Positions 27,260-32,000 of a stretch of 32,000 nucleotides of DNA are shown piece by piece. The notes under the pieces were generated by a model. That model made no database searches, had not been told where the DNA came from, and worked only from the letters and a program-made list of their open reading frames with translations. The DNA is from Xanthomonas campestris pv. campestris str. ATCC 33913 (GTDB lineage: Bacteria; Pseudomonadota; Gammaproteobacteria; Xanthomonadales; Xanthomonadaceae), in the NCBI RefSeq assembly GCF_000007145.1, contig NC_003902.1, positions 1,297,436 to 1,329,435 on the forward strand, written 5' to 3'. The number at the start of each line of letters is the position of its first letter. The first letter of the stretch is position 1. The translations under genes were made by a program, and so were the position numbers.

Positions 27260-27524
27260 ATAACGTAGTTCTTGCGGGGCCTTGTGGGCATCGGCTTGAC
27301 CGTTGCCCACGATTTTCAAGACTGCCTTGCTTTCAGCTGGCGAGATTGGCATGCAGCCAACGTGCAGCAATCTCGAAACATTGCTTCGTGAACCATGGTG
27401 GCTACACCCGCATTACATCCGTTGCGGGTGAGACCAAACCACTGTCAGACAGTGATCTGATAGGCATCCGTCTGCTCCATCGAAGGCGTAGGACGCAGGG
27501 GGCATGTAAGTCGAACTGCAAGTT

Positions 27525-28625
27525 TCAGGTCAAGGCCCTTGCAGGGTGTGGTTGGCTCTGCTCTTGCTGTATCTGCCTTTGCTGTTCGCCGTGCGCGCGT
27601 TCTGCCGCAGCCTGGACCCAGTTCTGACTGCTTTGCTCCAGCGGTGTATTGAGTGCAACGACAGTATCCACATGGGCACGCAACTGGTCATGCGGTCCCA
27701 GTGAGTTGGGATTGTTCTGTACCGCAAACGCATGTGAGGCGTCCTCGCTTAGACGAACGTCGTCGATGCGGTTCATGCCCATTTTGCAGGATTGCACCGC
27801 CAGGCAACCAGCCAGGTTGTCGCTGCGCGCATCCGATTGCCGGTTGTTTGCCTGATCCAAAGCTTGCACATGGGTCTGTGCCTGGGCGAACAGCGTGTGC
27901 CCAGGATGATCGGGATTACGGAGTGACGGCAGTTGCTGCTGATCGCTCAAGAGATGTTGTTGGATCGATCTGTCTGCCGGAAGCGGATGCCGAACTTCTT
28001 TGTTCAGCGGGCTTTGCGGAAACGGTGCCTCAATGCTTTCCACGCCATGAATATTGCGCAAGGGGCGGTAAGCATCTTTCCCCGAGCCTTCAACCGGCAA
28101 AGGGATGCGAACGTCCGGAAGCAGTTGTCCGACTCCGCCAGGCCCAAGCAATCCATTCACATCAATGCTCTTGTTGCGATGGAGCCCGGCATGATTGAGT
28201 GCAGCCCAGGTAAAGTCGACACAGTTGTTGTGCACGTCCCTGTACTCTTTGTCGAACCCCAGTTTTTCCGGCTCTTCACCGAATTTTTGCAGTTTTTCAT
28301 ACTGCTCTTTGCTTATTTCAATCGTTCTGGAATAGGCAGGGTTATGGTATTCCTTAGCGTCTGAGTTATAGATTTTTCCTGGTCCGTTCATCTCGCCGTG
28401 CGTGATGGGAGCAAATCCATAACTAATCGGTTTGCTCTTGCTATCGTCAAGTATAAAAAACATGTGCCCTGGCCCGGAATTGGCCGGTTCGCCATCTATA
28501 ACCTGCTGTTCGCCGTTTTTATATAGCGGGGTGCCAGGCGCCGCGATAACAATCGTTACGGTGTATTGCTGCTTATCCATCTCTTGCTCCATGTGAGATC
28601 TCGAGGCTATTTCGAGGAAGTCCAT
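27525..28625 (-). CDS. candidate X-T4SS antibacterial effector (X-Tfe-like): N-terminal His/Cys putative hydrolase domain plus C-terminal XVIPCD
   Basis: C-terminus: RNPDHPGHTLFAQAQTHVQALDQ...SDNLAGCLAVQSCKMGMNRIDDVRLSEDASHAFAVQN...LNTPLEQSSQNWVQ...GEQQRQIQQEQSQ. N-terminus: GPGHMFFIL ... ITHGE ... HNNCVDFTWAAL. Possible starts are 28625, 28592 and 28580; 28580 has GGAG 6 nt upstream. Confidence 0.65.
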   Translation of the reverse strand: MDFLEIASRSHMEQEMDKQQYTVTIVIAAPGTPLYKNGEQQVIDGEPANSGPGHMFFILDDSKSKPISYGFAPITHGEMNGPGKIYNSDAKEYHNPAYSRTIEISKEQYEKLQKFGEEPEKLGFDKEYRDVHNNCVDFTWAALNHAGLHRNKSIDVNGLLGPGGVGQLLPDVRIPLPVEGSGKDAYRPLRNIHGVESIEAPFPQSPLNKEVRHPLPADRSIQQHLLSDQQQLPSLRNPDHPGHTLFAQAQTHVQALDQANNRQSDARSDNLAGCLAVQSCKMGMNRIDDVRLSEDASHAFAVQNNPNSLGPHDQLRAHVDTVVALNTPLEQSSQNWVQAAAERAHGEQQRQIQQEQSQPHPARALT

Positions 28626-29221
28626 CTCTTTTGAATGGAAACCTGTGCAGTGGGGTCTTTCAATGTTGGATTGCTTGGCTGTGTGGAGATGTCAATGCGG
28701 TAGCGGCCGTAACTTTCTAGAGGTAGGTTGCATACAACCCAGTCACTTGAGTTTGAAGTATGGGCTCCGATGTCGATGTATTTTACTTCATCTTTTCCCT
28801 TTCTCCAGTCGAAAAATTTTTTTCTGCTGGGTTCCTCCCTCATATATTCTTGAAATGCATCTTCTGTTTTTATTTCTAAGCATCGGTCTCCCACCCACTT
28901 GCATGCCTCAACTTTAAGCGCATATCGCACGGGCGATTCGCTTTTGTTTAACATCGTGACTGGGTCGATAGATCCCTTGCGACTTAGTGTCAACCCGACG
29001 ATATAGGGCTGCGTAAGGTTCACGTTGTCCGGTGTGGCTTCGAATTCAAAGCGCACATGTTCGTCCGTGGCATCCACGCGAAATGGTTGACTGAGAAAAA
29101 GATCTTGTTTCTCGGACTGCGGCGCTTTGCTTGCACCACAGGCAGCCAGCATCGTAGCGATCACGATTGATGACCACAAACCCCGCATGCGGGAACGCAT
29201 ATCCTGCAAATTTGGTCTCAT
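28607..29221 (-). CDS. lipoprotein, candidate cognate immunity protein (X-Tfi-like)
   Basis: The signal peptide has a lipobox (SSIVIATMLAAC-GASK). The gene lies immediately upstream of the effector candidate and overlaps its longest ORF by 19 nt. GC is low. I do not recognise a family. Confidence 0.55.
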   Translation of the reverse strand: MRPNLQDMRSRMRGLWSSIVIATMLAACGASKAPQSEKQDLFLSQPFRVDATDEHVRFEFEATPDNVNLTQPYIVGLTLSRKGSIDPVTMLNKSESPVRYALKVEACKWVGDRCLEIKTEDAFQEYMREEPSRKKFFDWRKGKDEVKYIDIGAHTSNSSDWVVCNLPLESYGRYRIDISTQPSNPTLKDPTAQVSIQKRWTSSK

Positions 29222-29479
29222 CCGGTTCTCATTGCAGACAGGATTGCGTCAGAGTGTAACCCGCGATCTGAAGCCGACTAGGCCTGCCTTGTGTATAAAG
29301 GGATGAGGTGATGCCTGGCGCCTGTAAAAGCTGAAATACCGAGCTTCGTTACTGCTGGCTGGCAGGCGGCAAACCACCAGCCAGCTTGTTGCCACTATCG
29401 GCCCGGGCGGGCGAGCGAGCGGGCGCCGCCTGCCGTCGCCGGGCGTCATTCATAAAATCTCTCGGGTGCTGGTAGGCCC

Positions 29480-30700
29480 TTACTTCCCAGCCACATCCAC
29501 CCACACCGCATGGTGATCGCTGCCATCGGCGATCGCCGCATCCGGCGAGCTGCCGGCGGGCCAGAAGATGCCACTGCCGGCCAGGGTGAATTGATGCGAT
29601 GGCAGTACGTAGTCCAGCCGCATCGTGCCCGCCTGCGGTCCGAAGTCGCCGGTGACCTGGTGCGGGTCGCCGGTATGCGCAATGCCTTGTGCGGCGTATT
29701 CGGCGGTTTTTTCCGGGCCACCGGCGCTGACGGGTGTGGGGTACTTTAGTACGCGCGGGTGATTGATCAGCGCACGGATGGCTTCATGCCGGCCGGCGCC
29801 ATCGATGGGGTCGTTGTTGAGATCGCCCAGGATCACGAAGTGCGCGTCGCGTTCCAGGCCGCCACAGCGGCCCTGGTCGTCGCACAGCCAACGCGTGGTG
29901 TCGGCGGCGTTGTCCAGGTAGGCGCGCCACAGTTGCAGTTCGTCGTGGTTGCGCGCGGCATTACGCTTTTCCGCACCGTCGAATACCGGCGGAGTGGGGT
30001 GCGAAACCAATGCGTGCACCACGCCCAGCGGCGTGCGCACCGGCACGTCCCAGTGCGATTTCGACGACAGCCGCAGCTGTGCCCAGACCGCATCGTTGTA
30101 GAACGGGCGCCGGGTGGCCGGATCGACCGGGCGCAGTGCGCCGGGCAGCGCGCTCCACTTCAGCAACTGGAAACTGCGCACTGCCTGCGCATCGATCGGA
30201 TAGCGCGACAGCACCAGCATGCCGTATTGGCCAGGGTGCAGCCCATAGCCCCAGGCATCGTTGCCACGGCTGCGGCCATCGCCGCCAACGCTGCCGTTGT
30301 TGTCCAGGTCCAGGCCGCTGGGCACGCCGGTATTGACCGGTGCCAGGTAGCGATATGGATACGACAATGCGTCGCCACCGCCGGGCTGGGCCACTTGCAG
30401 ATAGCGTTGCTGGAATAGATCGGCCGCACGATGCGCAGGGTCGAAATCGAACTCGTTGAGCAGCACCAGGTCCGGGCGCACGCGCTGCAGCACGGCGGCG
30501 ATCTTGCGCGCATGCGCGCTGTCGCCCTGCAGTTCACGCACCAGCCCGCCGGCCTCGTCGGAGTACAGCGAGGTGTTGTAGGTGGCGATGCGCAAGGGGG
30601 CGGCCGTGGTGGATGCAGCGCTCTGCCCGGTCGGGGCGGTACGGTGGGCACAGGCGGTGCAAAGCGCGGCCAGTGCAAGCAATAAGACAGGTCTGATCAT
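29480..30700 (-). CDS. endonuclease/exonuclease/phosphatase (EEP) family protein, secreted
   Basis: ATG 30700 (MIRPVLLLALAALCTACAH...) is in frame within ORF 29480..30901. EEP motifs: LNEFD, GDLNNDP, SDHHAVWVD. Confidence 0.8.
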   Translation of the reverse strand: MIRPVLLLALAALCTACAHRTAPTGQSAASTTAAPLRIATYNTSLYSDEAGGLVRELQGDSAHARKIAAVLQRVRPDLVLLNEFDFDPAHRAADLFQQRYLQVAQPGGGDALSYPYRYLAPVNTGVPSGLDLDNNGSVGGDGRSRGNDAWGYGLHPGQYGMLVLSRYPIDAQAVRSFQLLKWSALPGALRPVDPATRRPFYNDAVWAQLRLSSKSHWDVPVRTPLGVVHALVSHPTPPVFDGAEKRNAARNHDELQLWRAYLDNAADTTRWLCDDQGRCGGLERDAHFVILGDLNNDPIDGAGRHEAIRALINHPRVLKYPTPVSAGGPEKTAEYAAQGIAHTGDPHQVTGDFGPQAGTMRLDYVLPSHQFTLAGSGIFWPAGSSPDAAIADGSDHHAVWVDVAGK

Positions 30701-30747
30701 GGCGCTATTCTCGCATGCAGCATGCGACAGACCGATGTCGCGTGGCG

Positions 30748-31506
30748 CTATCGGGCCGAGCCCTGGGCCGCGGGCAGGCCGCGCCAATGACGGCCGTCGT
30801 AGGCTTCCAGCGCGTTGAAGCGGCGCTTGTAATTCATCTTGGCGTGGCCTTCGATCCAGTAGCCCAGATACAGGTGCGCGCGGCGTTCGCGCCTGGCCCA
30901 CTGGATCTGTTCGAGGATGGCAAAGGTGCCCAGGCTGCGTGCAGCCGCATCCGGTGCGTAGAACGTGTACACCGCCGACAAGGCGTGCTCAGTGACATCG
31001 GTCACCGCCACCGCCAGCAGCCGGCCGGGCACATGGTCGACGGCCGGTTCGCGGATTTCCAGAAAGCGCCCGTGCGACCAGCCGCCGATCAGGAACTGAT
31101 CGAACTCGGCCGCGCCGTGCGTGTCCATGCCGCCGCCCGGATGCCGGTGCTGCAGATACTGGCGATACAGCGCCAGCTGCTCTTCGGTGCGTTCCGCGGC
31201 GACCACGCGCACCACCAGATCCTGGTTGCGCGCCAGGCAGCGGCGCTGGCTGCGGTCCGGATGAAACGCATCCACGGCAATGCGCACCGGCACGCAGGCG
31301 CGGCAGCGTTCGCAATGCGGGCGGTACACAAGATCGCCGGAACGACGAAATCCCCACGCCAGCGCCTGCGGATAGAGCGCGCCCAGGCGTGGATCGTGCG
31401 GGTCCAGCACCAGGTCGCGTGCCTGGCGATCGGACCAATACCCGCAGGCATGCTCGCCGGTCTGGAACAGGCGCAGGTCGTCGTGGGTGTCGGCATGGAT
31501 GGCCAT
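30748..31506 (-). CDS. bpt: arginyl-tRNA--protein transferase family (bacterial Bpt, Asp/Glu leucyltransferase)
   Basis: ATG 31506 ([24 protein letters not shown]...[16 protein letters not shown]...YLGYWI...KMNYKRRF) is in frame within ORF 30748..31941. The upstream extension is Arg/Gly-rich shadow sequence. Confidence 0.85.
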
Positions 31507-31704
31507 GCGCGCAGGATAGCGCCTGCGCGTCGCAACGGCGGCGACTGTCCGCTGGATGAATGCGCCCGGTTGGCGCGTCAACGGCGGCGGCAATCGCCCG
31601 TTGATGTGGATGTTGGTGGCAGCGCACGGCGCGTCCGGACGCACCACCCACGCGATGCGGCCCATGCAGTGCCGCGTGTGGTTTTCACATCCAAGGAGTT
31701 TCTC

Positions 31705-32000
31705 ATGACGTCCCGCAAACCGTTTCTCGCCCTGGCCGTGCTGGCCGCGCTGTCCACCGCCAGCGCCTTCGCTGCCACCCCGCCTGCCGCAGGCGACGCA
31801 CCGCGCCCGGCCAAGCTCGACACCAACGGCGATGGCGTGATCGACCGCAGCGAAGCGGCCGCGGACCCACGCCTGGCCGCCAAGTTCGACAGCCTGGATA
31901 CCAACAAGGACGGCAAGCTGTCGCGCGACGAACGTCCGCACCGTCGCGGCCCGGGCCGTGATGGCCGCGGCGAAATGTGGGCCAAGCTCGATGCCAACAA
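31705..32000 (+). CDS. secreted EF-hand calcium-binding protein (partial, runs off the window)
   Basis: AAGGAG at 31693-31698. Own translation gives [27 protein letters not shown]...[39 protein letters not shown], a signal peptide plus two canonical DxNxDGxIxxxE loops. The ORF track omits it, apparently for lack of an in-window stop. Confidence 0.8.

Larger units (their letters stand above)
27260..29479. other. lower-GC accessory islet between purT and the EEP-family gene
   Basis: By eye the base composition drops well below the flanks, with AT-rich codons and runs such as ttttataaaaaacatg and gaaaaattttttt. The drop is strongest over 27950-29250. I found no integrase, tRNA or flanking direct repeat. 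Confidence 0.55.

Noticed and set aside
27400-27460. Hairpin cacccgca-N10-tgcgggtg (27405-27430) and palindrome cactgtc-a-gacagtg (27440-27454) downstream of the effector gene; considered as a terminator or attachment site
   Set aside because: There is no U-tract, and I found no matching copy at the other islet boundary (29222-29479). They could be weak terminators, but I cannot support a call.
29249-29449. 66-aa ORF in the islet's right-hand intergenic region
   Set aside because: It has an Arg/Pro-rich shadow-like sequence and no SD. The region more plausibly holds the immunity/effector promoter and the EEP-gene 3' hairpin (gctggctgg...ccagccagc, 29354-29384).
27260-29479. Calling the low-GC islet a mobile element
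   Set aside because: The window shows no integrase, transposase, tRNA target, or flanking direct or inverted repeats. Only the compositional shift supports foreign origin.

Overview
High-GC gammaproteobacterial chromosome segment. Gene content and protein motifs suggest Xanthomonas or a close Xanthomonadaceae relative. All calls come from reading the sequence and the ORF translations; no database search was run. Most of the window is core housekeeping. On the minus strand, gcvP runs off the left edge (absent from the ORF track) behind a tandem glycine riboswitch. Further genes are a Bcr/CflA-type MFS exporter, an M2 (ACE-like) lipoprotein peptidase, a lipid-A remodelling operon (GT39/ArnT-like, PAP2, EptA) with a divergent OmpR/HK pair, GNAT-minCDE, a HisKA_3 kinase plus LuxR-type regulator, an SRPBCC protein, DUF423, AlkA, a VanY-like peptidase, purT, an EEP-family protein, bpt, and an EF-hand protein running off the right edge. 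Two loci look accessory. (1) A visibly lower-GC islet (about 27.26-29.48 kb) carries an overlapping lipoprotein gene and a gene whose C-terminus has the motifs of an XVIPCD (the VirD4-recognised signal of Xanthomonadales antibacterial T4SS effectors). Its N-terminal His...Cys domain is uncharacterised. I read this as a candidate X-Tfe/X-Tfi toxin-immunity pair. (2) A 643-aa protein (4574..6505) has a C-terminus that aligns to the same XVIPCD-like module, a ~480-aa N-terminus I cannot assign, and no adjacent lipoprotein. Three repeat structures are not explained by gene content: a base-perfect 104-bp inverted duplication of an internal MFS segment (3668-3771 vs 4357-4460), a 2.5-copy ~151-bp tandem repeat that re-copies the 3' end of the LuxR-type regulator (20156-20529), and a base-perfect 222-bp in-frame tandem duplication inside an SPFH gene (25209-25652). 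The SPFH gene heads a tightly coupled four-gene operon (SPFH, small membrane protein, RHH/Arc-like, DUF4177-like) preceded by a perfect inverted-repeat candidate operator. I saw no tRNA, rRNA, CRISPR array, transposase or integrase.
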